Shown: piece after piece, positions 28,188-36,307 of the stretch
Numbering within the stretch: the stretch's first letter is position 1
How the letters are laid out: each line of letters opens with the position of its first letter
NCBI GenBank assembly: GCA_902780395.1
Contig: CACZFH010000014.1
Span: forward strand, 5,160-69,159
Length of the DNA stretch: 64,000 bases
Source of the DNA: an uncultured Erysipelotrichaceae bacterium
GTDB taxonomy: Bacteria; Bacillota_I; Bacilli_A; RF39; UBA660
Direction: 5' to 3'
Notes under the pieces: generated by a model
Databases searched by the model: none
Seen by the model: the letters and a program-made list of their open reading frames with translations, nothing else
What the model was told of the DNA's origin: nothing
Translations under genes and position numbers: made by a program

Positions 28188-28305
28188 AATTATTTAATAA
28201 ATTTTTAGGGCAAATGTGAAAATTTGCTCTTTTTGTGTTATAATATGCTTACAGATAAATAGTAATTTGTTGTTTAGTTTATATTTATAGAAAGGGGCTT
28301 TCTAA

Positions 28306-28890
28306 ATGTCAGAAAAAGAAGAAAATGAAATAACAGTAAAAGTTATATGTTCAAAAGACGAATTATTAAAATCACTAATAAAACAAGGATTTAAAGCAGG
28401 TAGAAAATTTTCACTTGATGATGATTATTATATTCCATCAACATTAGACATTCAAAATATGACTACTAGAGATATTTTATCTAAAGCAATTATTTTAAGA
28501 TATATTGTAGATGATGGAAAAATAATTCAAAAAATTACATTTAAAATAAAAAATATTGCAGATAATGGGGATATTATCAGTCAAAAGGCTATTAATTGTG
28601 ATGTTTTAGATATAGAGGATGCAAAGAAAATATTTAAATTATTAGGATATTATGAAATTATGAATATAAAAGAAAATGACATTATTTATTATAAAAATAA
28701 ATTTGAATTAGCTATAAAGTTTATTGAAAATAGTGATATTCTAATAGAGATAGAAACAGAGCCAAATACTGAATGGGATAGTATAGAAAAAATAAAAACG
28801 ATTATATCTGAAATAGATATACCAATTGAAAAAGATAGATATTTTATAAAAAAAGCAGAAAATGAATTAAATAAAATATTAAAAAGATAA
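28306..28890 (+). CDS. CYTH-domain protein (CyaB-like class IV adenylyl cyclase / triphosphate tunnel metalloenzyme fold)
   Basis: N-terminal EITVKV (ExExK-like), ...LIEIETE acidic strand near the C-terminus, about 190 aa. It has its own TGTTATAAT extended -10 at about 28236. It is much more AT-rich than the phage genes. Confidence 0.5.
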   Translation: MSEKEENEITVKVICSKDELLKSLIKQGFKAGRKFSLDDDYYIPSTLDIQNMTTRDILSKAIILRYIVDDGKIIQKITFKIKNIADNGDIISQKAINCDVLDIEDAKKIFKLLGYYEIMNIKENDIIYYKNKFELAIKFIENSDILIEIETEPNTEWDSIEKIKTIISEIDIPIEKDRYFIKKAENELNKILKR

Positions 28891-28916
28891 ATTACAATTT
28901 ATAGGGTAAAGATAAT

Positions 28917-28940
28917 AGGAGCCGAAAGGCTCTTATTTTT
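28917..28940 (+). terminator. Terminator after the CYTH gene
   Basis: Stem AGGAGCC/GGCTCTT with GAAA loop, then ATTTTT. Confidence 0.65.
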
Positions 28941-29740
28941 GTGCCTTTAAATCCTATTCACTTACAAAACTTTTCTTATTATATATTATTAAGAATGGTG
29001 TCGTGATAGATGTTGATCAAGGAGATTCTACAATACTTTATTTAAATAATCAAACGATAGTAATAGATACTGGTGGAAAAAGACAAAATCCAGATAGTAT
29101 AACCAATAATATCATAATTCCCTTTTTAAAAAGTAAAGGATTAAACTCAATCCAAACTCTAATAATTAGTCACGGAGACTACGATCATATGGGAGAAGCT
29201 ATTAATTTAGTAGAAAACTTTAAGGTAGAGAAAGTAATATTTAATTGCGGAGAATTTAATGATTTAGAAAAAGAATTAATTAAAATATTAGATAAAAAGA
29301 AGATTAAACATTATTCTTGTATTAAAGAATTAAACATAGATAAGAATAAACTATATTTTCTACAAACAAAAGAATATGATAATGAAAATGATAATTCAAA
29401 TGTTATTTATACTGAACTTGATGATTATAAATTTATGTTTATGGGAGATGCATCAAGTACTACAGAACATGAAATATTAAATGAATATAACTTACCAAAC
29501 ATAGATGTCTTAAAAGTAGGACATCATGGAAGTAATACAAGTAGTAGTAAAGAGTTTATCGAAGAGATTAATCCAAAATATTCAATAATTAGTGTAGGTA
29601 AAAATAATAGATATGGGCATCCAAATAAAGAAGTATTGGAAAATCTAAAAAAATCCAAAATATATAGAACAGACAAACAAGGAAGTATTATGTTTAAGAT
29701 TAAAAAGGATAAATTCAAGATTGAGACTTGTAGTCCATAG
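28919..29740 (+). pseudogene. comEC: comEC/rec2 3' fragment: complete metallo-beta-lactamase domain only (copy 1)
   Basis: VIDVDQGDSTILY, ISHGDYDHMGEA, LKVGHHGSNTSSSKEF, SVGKNNRYGHPNKEVL and IYRTDKQGSI are ComEC C-terminal motifs. The frame is open only back to 28919. There is no credible RBS or start, and the N-terminal membrane/competence domain is absent. Confidence 0.7.
28931..28957 (+). repeat. Junction J1 (T-rich tract plus CTTTAAATCC)
   Basis: TCTTATTTTTGTGCCTTTAAATCCTAT resembles the left flanks of J2 and J3. Confidence 0.4.
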
Positions 29741-29756
29741 AAAGGAAGACAATAAA

Positions 29757-30578
29757 ATGAATGAAATAAAAGAATATACAGAAAAAGTATTTGAAGATAT
29801 TAAATATATAGATGAATTTGGCAATGAATATTGGTTAGCTAGAGAGTTAATGTCAATACTTGAATATACATTATGGCAACGATTTTCAAATGTAATTAAA
29901 AAAGCCATAGAGAATTGCAAAAATAGCAATAACAATGTTTTAGACCATTTTATCGGCACCGATAAAATGGTTAGTATTGGTTCAAATACTAAAAGAAAAA
30001 TTCAAGATTACAAATTATCAAGATATGCATGTTATTTGATAGTATTAAATTGTGATCCTAGAAAGAAAATAATTGCTTTAGCTAAATCATATTTTGCAAT
30101 TCAAACAAGAAAACAAGAACTTTCCGAAAAAGAGTATAATGAACTAACTGAAGATAAGAAAAGATTATATAGAAGAAATCAAACAAGAAAAGGAAATTAT
30201 AATTTGAATAAAACTGCAGTTAATAGTGGAGTAAAAGATTTAGCAAGATTTCATAATGCAGGATATAAAGGACTTTATAATGGAGAAACAGCAGATGATA
30301 TTTTTAAAAGAAAGAAACTAAGATATAGAGAAGATATATTAGATAATATGGGTAGTGAAGAACTTGCAGATAATATATTTAGAATTGCTCAAACAGATGC
30401 TAAATTAAAAAGAGATAATGTAGATAACGAATATACTGCAAACTCTGTTCATTATGAAGTAGGTAAAGAAGTGAGAGATAGTATTAAAAGATTAGGTGGT
30501 ACTATGCCAGAAGATTTACCAACTCCAGAGAAAAGTCTAAAAGAATTAGAAAAAGAAAGTAGGAAATTAAAAGAATAG
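29757..30578 (+). CDS. dinD: DNA damage-inducible protein D homologue
   Basis: Collinear similarity to E. coli DinD: DHF...KMVSIGSNTKRKIQDYKLSRYACYLIVLNCDPRK, YFAIQTRKQEL, HNAGYKGLY, LDNMGSEELADNIFRIAQT, LGGTMPEDLPTPEKSLKELE. Confidence 0.8.
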   Translation: MNEIKEYTEKVFEDIKYIDEFGNEYWLARELMSILEYTLWQRFSNVIKKAIENCKNSNNNVLDHFIGTDKMVSIGSNTKRKIQDYKLSRYACYLIVLNCDPRKKIIALAKSYFAIQTRKQELSEKEYNELTEDKKRLYRRNQTRKGNYNLNKTAVNSGVKDLARFHNAGYKGLYNGETADDIFKRKKLRYREDILDNMGSEELADNIFRIAQTDAKLKRDNVDNEYTANSVHYEVGKEVRDSIKRLGGTMPEDLPTPEKSLKELEKESRKLKE

Positions 30579-30611
30579 AAAAAGTATGGTATAATTTAAA
30601 TGGTGATAATT

Positions 30612-31775
30612 ATGAATAAGAAAAATGTATTAGTCTTATTTATATATTCCTTTTTAAATAGTTTTTTATTATATAGAGCATGTGATGTTTTATATTATTT
30701 ATCAAAAGGAATTAGTAATTCAGAATATATCAATTATTTAACAATTGGTAGTTTAATAACTATTATATTCTTAATACCATTTGGAATAATAAAAGATAAA
30801 TATAATCGTAAATATATACTTCTTGTAAGTAATTTATTTTTATTAATTGCTACAGCTTTATATATTTATGCGGATAATGTATTAGTAATGGGTATTGGTA
30901 TAATTATGTCAGCTATTTCTAATTTATTATCACAGGGAATTGTCATATCTTTATTACATTCATATGTAGATGCTAAAAAAGAATATTCTAAGATGTATTA
31001 TAAATGGTCTATATACTATTACTCAGGTTATTTGATTTCAATGGTATTTGGAGGAATAGTAGCAAAATTTAGTTTGGTTTCGATGTATTATATAAGTATT
31101 ATACCTATTATGATGAATTTCTTGGTTTTATTATTTTTTAATGATTCTTATGAAAAAAGCAAAAGAAAAAACAGTTCAAAATTATTATTAAAGGAATCTT
31201 ATAAATTGTTAAAGAGTAGCAGACTATTAAAAAATATATTATTATCAGAAATGGTCATTATTCCACTTGCTGATATATTAGCCGAGAGCCATCCAGAATA
31301 TTTGTCGAATATAGGCGCTTCTACTACATTAATTGGTATATATACAGCTATTATGTGCTTATTTGCAATAGTAGGAAATAAAATAGCAAGTATTTATAAA
31401 GACCAAAGTAGTAAGTTTTTTATCTTTGCTCTATTATTTAATCTTAGTTTAATTGCAATAGGATTGTTAAATAATTATTTTTCTATTGCTTTCATAATAT
31501 TATTCCAATGCTTCTTTTCAGTAACAAATAATATTTATAATACAATAGTTCAAAATGAATGTAATGATTCATATAGACAAACAGTTTTAGCAATACTTAC
31601 TTTTATAACTTCAATTTCAGAAATGATTATATGTACTATAACATCAATGATATTTAAAAATATTAGTTTAGGACATTCATATATTGTATTAGGCATATTT
31701 GGTTTAGCGATAATGTTGATTATAGTTATATTTAATATTTTTAAAAATAAAAATGCTCAAGAATTATCAAAATGA
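30612..31775 (+). CDS. MFS-type transporter
   Basis: About 12 predicted TM helices, with a GIIKDKYNRKY loop between TM2 and TM3 (MFS motif-A-like). Confidence 0.6.
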   Translation: MNKKNVLVLFIYSFLNSFLLYRACDVLYYLSKGISNSEYINYLTIGSLITIIFLIPFGIIKDKYNRKYILLVSNLFLLIATALYIYADNVLVMGIGIIMSAISNLLSQGIVISLLHSYVDAKKEYSKMYYKWSIYYYSGYLISMVFGGIVAKFSLVSMYYISIIPIMMNFLVLLFFNDSYEKSKRKNSSKLLLKESYKLLKSSRLLKNILLSEMVIIPLADILAESHPEYLSNIGASTTLIGIYTAIMCLFAIVGNKIASIYKDQSSKFFIFALLFNLSLIAIGLLNNYFSIAFIILFQCFFSVTNNIYNTIVQNECNDSYRQTVLAILTFITSISEMIICTITSMIFKNISLGHSYIVLGIFGLAIMLIIVIFNIFKNKNAQELSK

Positions 31776-31780
31776 TAATT

Positions 31781-31823
31781 CTTTTTCTTTAACTAAATAC
31801 GTATGCATAAACGTATGTCACCA
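31781..31823 (+). repeat. Junction J2
   Basis: TTCTTTTTCTTTAACTAAATACGTATGCATAAACGTATGTCACCA aligns with J3 and abuts the HGDYDH codons. Confidence 0.55.
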
Positions 31824-32250
31824 CATGGAGACTATGACCATATGGGAGAAGCGATTAACTTAGTAAATAACTTCAAGGTAGAAAAAGTAATCTTTAATTG
31901 TGGAGAATATAATGATTTAGAAAAAGAATTAATTAAGATATTAAATAAAAAGAAAATTAAATATTATTCATGTATTAAAGAACTAAACATAGATAACAAT
32001 AAATTATATTTTTTACAGACAAAAGAATATGATAATGAAAATGATAACAGTAATGTTATCTATACAGAACTTAATGGTTATAAATATATGTTTATGGAAG
32101 ATGCTGGAGTTACTACTGAAAAAGAAATACAAGATAAATATAATTTACCAGATATAGATGTATTAAAAGTAGGACATCATGGGAGTAAAACAAGTAGTGG
32201 GAAAGAATTCATTAATGAAATGAATCCAACATATTCCATAACTGGTATAC
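31824..32250 (+). pseudogene. comEC: comEC 3' fragment, copy 2 (HGDYDH to NPTYSI; truncated at both ends)
   Basis: In about 235 nt compared by eye, roughly nine of ten positions match copy 1 (29172-29600). The protein reads HGDYDHMGEAINLVNNFKVEKVIFNCGE...LKVGHHGSKTSSGKEF. Confidence 0.75.
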
Positions 32251-32305
32251 GGTTTATTGACAAAAAATAATTTCAATGTATATTATATGTAGGAGGAATG
32301 TTATT

Positions 32306-32704
32306 ATGATAAGAATTTTCAAACCCAAATCATTATATCCGAGAGATGATAACAATGAGGTAGAAATAGATGAATTAAATCTAGATTCATCAGAATTGTA
32401 TTTGAATTTTTGCGAGACTAAGGATGTAGGCAGGTATTTTTATAGATCTCAAGAAGATGGTGGATCCGAAGCTGACTGGCGATGGATAGGTATAAAGAAT
32501 CCTTAGCCAGATGATGAAATAATGTCTCAAGCAGCGTTTATGTTTTATATGAATAATGCGGTTAACTCGCAATATGGAGGAACAGGATTAATAGTTTGTT
32601 CTGATAAAAATAATTTTGCATATTGTATTGATAAAAAGATGTCAAAAGAATTAGAAGGACTACTAGAATGTTCACAAGAAGATATACAACAACGAATGAG
32701 ATGA
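32306..32704 (+). pseudogene. Hypothetical ~132-codon ORF interrupted by one in-frame TAG (32504-32506)
   Basis: ORFs 32276..32506 and 32522..32704 are in the same frame, separated only by the amber codon and five sense codons. Confidence 0.45.
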
Positions 32705-32987
32705 TATATGAAAATTAATGGTTAAAGTCGCGATGGTTTTGACCATAGAATAGATTATACAAATAATAATTTATAGTTTAGTTTAAATTATTTAGATATG
32801 AAGAGAATATAAAAATGAAGTTGTCGATGAAAATTTGACACTAAAAAAATATTTGAAGCCTGGTTGAGTTTTAAATTCAACTAGGTTTTTATAATGAATA
32901 TGTAATTGATTATTGTTCAGAAGATAGAATTGCTGTAAGAAAGTATTAGTTAGTATGATATAATAATTCATTATTAGGAGGCCTATT

Positions 32988-33530
32988 ATGGTAATTAATA
33001 TTAGAAGTGATCAATATAAAAAACTAATATCATTGTGCATTCAATCGAAACTGGAACAAAATGGATTAATAAGGTTAAAAATATTAAATGGTGAAGTTTA
33101 CTTTTTAGATTATTATGAGTCAAATGGAGAAGAAATCATTGAAAGGACCAATAATCACATACAATATAATAGTAAAGATTTTATATATTATCAAACGGTG
33201 ACGACATTATTATTTGATCCTTCAAAGGAAATATGGGTTAATTATCATACTCATCCAGGTTTATTGTCTATTAATGGCTTAAGTGAATCTGATTTTGAAA
33301 CATTACAATATAGAACATATTTAAGAAATAGGGTTTATACAGAGATATATCAAATCGAACCTCCAATTCAAGTTGACGCTATTATCACAGAAGACGAAGT
33401 TGGTTTTTATAGTATAGTGGATGATAAAATCGTTAAGCATAATCTTTGGATTGATGGAAAACCAATAAAAGATGTTAAAAATACTAATGCTATAATTCTA
33501 AAAAGAATTGTAAAAAGAATAATAAAATAA
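32988..33530 (+). CDS. JAB/MPN (JAMM) domain protein
   Basis: LEQNGLIRL resembles the ExxG strand. YHTHPGLLSINGLSESD is HxH-x9-S-xx-D, two residues longer than the canonical spacing. RBS AGGAGG and TGATATAAT extended -10 upstream. Confidence 0.5.
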   Translation: MVINIRSDQYKKLISLCIQSKLEQNGLIRLKILNGEVYFLDYYESNGEEIIERTNNHIQYNSKDFIYYQTVTTLLFDPSKEIWVNYHTHPGLLSINGLSESDFETLQYRTYLRNRVYTEIYQIEPPIQVDAIITEDEVGFYSIVDDKIVKHNLWIDGKPIKDVKNTNAIILKRIVKRIIK

Positions 33531-33560
33531 TATGACAAGAAGGTTTAAGAATTAAAATAA

Positions 33561-33603
33561 GTCTTTTTTACTTTAAATCCATATGCATAAACATATGCTA
33601 CCA
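33561..33603 (+). repeat. Junction J3
   Basis: GTCTTTTTTACTTTAAATCCATATGCATAAACATATGCTACCA aligns with J2 and shares CTTTAAATCC with J1. Confidence 0.55.
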
Positions 33604-33695
33604 CATGGGATTTTGATCATATGGGAGAAGCTATTAATTTAATTAATCTTAAAGTTGAGAAAGTAATCTCTTTAATTGAAGAGAATATGAATCAG
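33604..33695 (+). pseudogene. comEC: comEC 3' fragment, copy 3, proximal remnant
   Basis: CATGGGATTTTGATCATATGGGAGAAGCTATTAAT... aligns with copy 1 from the HGDYDH codons. It carries a 1-nt deletion in HGD(Y/F)DH and a 3-nt deletion further on. Confidence 0.65.
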
Positions 33696-33725
33696 TGTGA
33701 CATAATTAATTTAGGAGATGATTAT

Positions 33726-34154
33726 ATGAAAAAAAAGCATATTTTGATATTAGTAGTGGTGTTATGTCTATTTGTTTTTACTGGTTGCAATAAAAATGAT
33801 AAAACTAAACTTATAGAGGGAGTTGATTATAAAATAAAAGGAGAATTTACTGGCAAATATCTAGATATATCAAAAAGAGGATATTATATAGATACATTGA
33901 ATGAGCCTGGTTCACCATATTATTATATTATATGCATGGGTCAAAAGAATACTGGAGGATATAGTTTAAAAATTAAAGAAGTGAATGCAATTGCTGAAGA
34001 AATTGAAATAATAGTAGAGGAAGTTGCTCCAGGTGAAGGGAATACGGTTACCATGGTAATTACTAATCCAACTATTATCGTAGAATTTGCAAAATATCAA
34101 GAAAAAATTATAATAAAAAATATGAAAGGTGAAGTATTTGAAGAATTAAATTAA
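33726..34154 (+). CDS. PrcB_C-domain lipoprotein
   Basis: Lipobox LFVFTGC after a signal peptide. ICMGQKNTGGYSLKIKEV...IIVEEVAPGEGNTVTMVITNPTIIVEF matches the PrcB C-terminal domain pattern. Confidence 0.6.
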   Translation: MKKKHILILVVVLCLFVFTGCNKNDKTKLIEGVDYKIKGEFTGKYLDISKRGYYIDTLNEPGSPYYYIICMGQKNTGGYSLKIKEVNAIAEEIEIIVEEVAPGEGNTVTMVITNPTIIVEFAKYQEKIIIKNMKGEVFEELN

Positions 34155-34246
34155 ATCTTGTAAAAAAACTAAAATATATAGAACAAATGAAAACGGGAGT
34201 ATTATGGTTAAAATTTAAAAAATAGCTAGTTGAAACTTGCAGTCTA
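34153..34246 (+). pseudogene. comEC: comEC 3' fragment, copy 3, distal remnant
   Basis: AAATCTTGTAAAAAAACTAAAATATATAGAACAAATGAAAACGGGAGTATTATGGTTAAAAT...TTGAAACTTGCAGTC aligns with the last ~95 nt of copy 1 (ENLKKSKIYRTDKQGSIMFKIK...ETCSP) and contains in-frame stops. Confidence 0.65.
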
Positions 34247-34289
34247 AAATTAGTTTTAATATGGTATAATTATTATAGGATGTGATATT

Positions 34290-35165
34290 TTGATAACAAT
34301 TAATCAGATTTTATCCGAAACAGATACTGAAAATAGAAAAAAATTAATTAGTATTCGATTATCAGAATTAGAACAAAACTCAGAGCAAGATAAAGAATTG
34401 AATTTAAATGCAATTCATAAAGGTTACATATCAACAAGCAATACGATACAGTTTTCATCTGATTTAATAGATATTAATGATTACCCAGTGATGTCTAAGT
34501 ATACTATGAAGGCAACAGATTATTTTTATGAATTTATAAATTATTTAATCCAAAAAAATATTAAAAATATAATGGATGCCCTATACTTGGTAAGCCCATT
34601 TCTTCATGAATATTTTGGAACTAATAGTGATTATACTAATAAAAATAATCGAAGTAGTTCATTTGATAATATGGGTAATCAACTAGGAAAAATTAAAGAA
34701 AAATATGGTAATTCTATGTTTAATGATTATTATAATAAATGGTTTGATATTTCAATCTTTAAGAATAATTCTATGGCTGAATGTACTGAATATGCTGCTT
34801 TAACACAAAACTTATTTTCGTTTATAGGAGCAAATTCTTATTATGTTTTGGGAAGCTTTTCTTCAGATGAAGGTAAAAGTGAAAGTCATGCCTTCAATTT
34901 GGCTCAACTTGATGCAGATTCTTTCTTTATTGTAGATACAGCCAATCCAACAATTACTTATGATATGGAATATAATATTATTTCATCTAGACCTAGGATT
35001 CAAAAAATATCTAGAAATGAATTCATTAATGCAATAACTGGGAATGGTTTAAATGTTGATTTTTCTGCATGTAATTTCCAAATAAATGGACATAATACTA
35101 GAAAAATAGATGTTATAAATTGTAATTATAGTATCAAAACCAAAACAAATTTGAAATCAAAATAA
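34290..35165 (+). CDS. Transglutaminase-like / papain-fold cysteine peptidase candidate
   Basis: Ordered Cys-His-Asp candidates: NSMAECTEYAALTQNLF, SESHAFNLAQL, FIVDTAN. TTG start, TGGTATAAT extended -10 upstream. Confidence 0.45.
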   Translation: MITINQILSETDTENRKKLISIRLSELEQNSEQDKELNLNAIHKGYISTSNTIQFSSDLIDINDYPVMSKYTMKATDYFYEFINYLIQKNIKNIMDALYLVSPFLHEYFGTNSDYTNKNNRSSSFDNMGNQLGKIKEKYGNSMFNDYYNKWFDISIFKNNSMAECTEYAALTQNLFSFIGANSYYVLGSFSSDEGKSESHAFNLAQLDADSFFIVDTANPTITYDMEYNIISSRPRIQKISRNEFINAITGNGLNVDFSACNFQINGHNTRKIDVINCNYSIKTKTNLKSK

Positions 35166-35271
35166 ACAAGTATTAAATAATTTACAAAGCTGATCTAATG
35201 TAATAATGTTATTACTACTAGAGTTTATAAAATAGTGCGATATAATGAATATAGAAGATGAGGTTGATTAT

Positions 35272-35736
35272 ATGAATAAATATTTAGATAATAGTCTAAC
35301 AAATCCAAAATTTTTGTTTCACGGAAGTCCTAAAAAATTGAAAGTTATTGAACAAAGACAAGCATATGATTCAGATGGTACTAAAGAAAATGAAGATTTC
35401 GCAGTATTTATGACATCATCATTTATCGTCGCAAGTGCTTATGCTTTTAAAGATAAAATAAAAGAAATAAGTGAAGGCTTAGATTGGAAGTTTGAAATAG
35501 GTAGAGATTCTAATACTGATGAAATATTTGTAAGTATGGATAATGTCAATGTTGATGATGAATTAGAGGGATATATCTACGTCTTTAATTATGATGAATC
35601 TTATACTCATGTGAGAAAATCAATTCAATATAAATGTCACAAAAATGTATTACCAATAGATGTTGTAAGCATTAAATTTAAAGATTTTAAAAATTATTAT
35701 AGTATTAATAATAAGGATAAAAAAACTTTAAAATAA
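35272..35736 (+). CDS. Hypothetical protein with weak H-Y-E ADP-ribosyltransferase-like pattern
   Basis: FLFHGSP..., ...AVFMTSSFIVASAYAF..., ...LEGYIYVF. This is a pattern-level resemblance only. ATG 35272 lies downstream of a TATAAT at 35241. Confidence 0.4.
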   Translation: MNKYLDNSLTNPKFLFHGSPKKLKVIEQRQAYDSDGTKENEDFAVFMTSSFIVASAYAFKDKIKEISEGLDWKFEIGRDSNTDEIFVSMDNVNVDDELEGYIYVFNYDESYTHVRKSIQYKCHKNVLPIDVVSIKFKDFKNYYSINNKDKKTLK

Positions 35737-35799
35737 TAACTATAACCTGACTATATCATTAATAATTATAGAATAAATTACCAATTTGAGGAACTTATT

Positions 35800-36207
35800 A
35801 TGAAAGTAAGAGATTTTTTAAATGGTGCTGCAGAATATTTAACAGAGTATAAAAATACACCATTTTCAGTAAAATGTATTAATTATCCTATTCAATATGT
35901 AGGAGTAGGTACCCATAGTGATTATCCAGCAGAGTATTATGAACCTACAATCGAAGGAGTAATATGTATAGCTAGAGATGATTTTGATATAGAACATATC
36001 CATCAAGGTTATTTATGTTATCCAGAAGAATATCAAGATTTTTATAAAAAAAGAGATTTTATATTATGCTTTGGTCCTCAAAAGGATTTAGATTTTGAAG
36101 AAATTTTAGAAAGTGAATTTGACTTTAAAAATCACGGAATTTATGGACTGGCAGAAAGTCAAATAAGTAAGGTTAAAAAGAAATATATACCCCATAATAG
36201 ACACTAA
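35800..36207 (+). CDS. Hypothetical acidic protein (135 aa)
   Basis: ORF with RBS-like GAGGAA upstream and a terminator downstream. No recognisable domain. Confidence 0.45.
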   Translation: MKVRDFLNGAAEYLTEYKNTPFSVKCINYPIQYVGVGTHSDYPAEYYEPTIEGVICIARDDFDIEHIHQGYLCYPEEYQDFYKKRDFILCFGPQKDLDFEEILESEFDFKNHGIYGLAESQISKVKKKYIPHNRH

Positions 36208-36211
36208 TATT

Positions 36212-36232
36212 AGCACAGTTATGTGCTTTTTC
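36212..36232 (+). terminator. Rho-independent terminator
   Basis: AGCACA-GTTA-TGTGCT followed by TTTTT. Confidence 0.7.
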
Positions 36233-36307
36233 TTTGTTGTAAGTACATGGAAATTATAATTTAATTATTATTTATTAATATGTTATAATTTAATAGAGGT
36301 TGATAAT

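Larger units (their letters stand above)
1..28260 (+). mobile_element. Prophage (HK97-like siphovirus with HNH/cos-type packaging), right-hand ~28 kb; left end lies outside the window
   Basis: Uninterrupted same-strand order: HNH, TerS, TerL, portal, ClpP protease, HK97 capsid, connectors, major tail, G/T chaperone, tape measure, Dit, Tal, fibres, holin, endolysin, serine recombinases. The right boundary is only bracketed (28188-28950). Confidence 0.85.
28261..34246 (+). mobile_element. Composite accretion island built on repeated comEC 3'-end fragments
   Basis: Three comEC MBL-domain copies or remnants, each preceded by a related junction sequence, with unrelated cargo between them. No integrase lies inside. 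The boundaries are inferred. Confidence 0.5.

Noticed and set aside
28188-28305. Exact prophage right end (attR) immediately after recombinase 2
   Set aside because: Composition changes here, but there is no recognisable gene remnant or repeat. The boundary can only be bracketed between 28188 and about 28950 without an empty-site comparison.
32306-33530. Idea that the small ORF upstream of the JAB gene is a ubiquitin-like substrate (internal GG at DGGSEA)
   Set aside because: Only about 51 residues precede the GG, too short for a beta-grasp fold. The ORF carries an amber codon, no E1/E2 is present, and a terminator separates it from the JAB gene.
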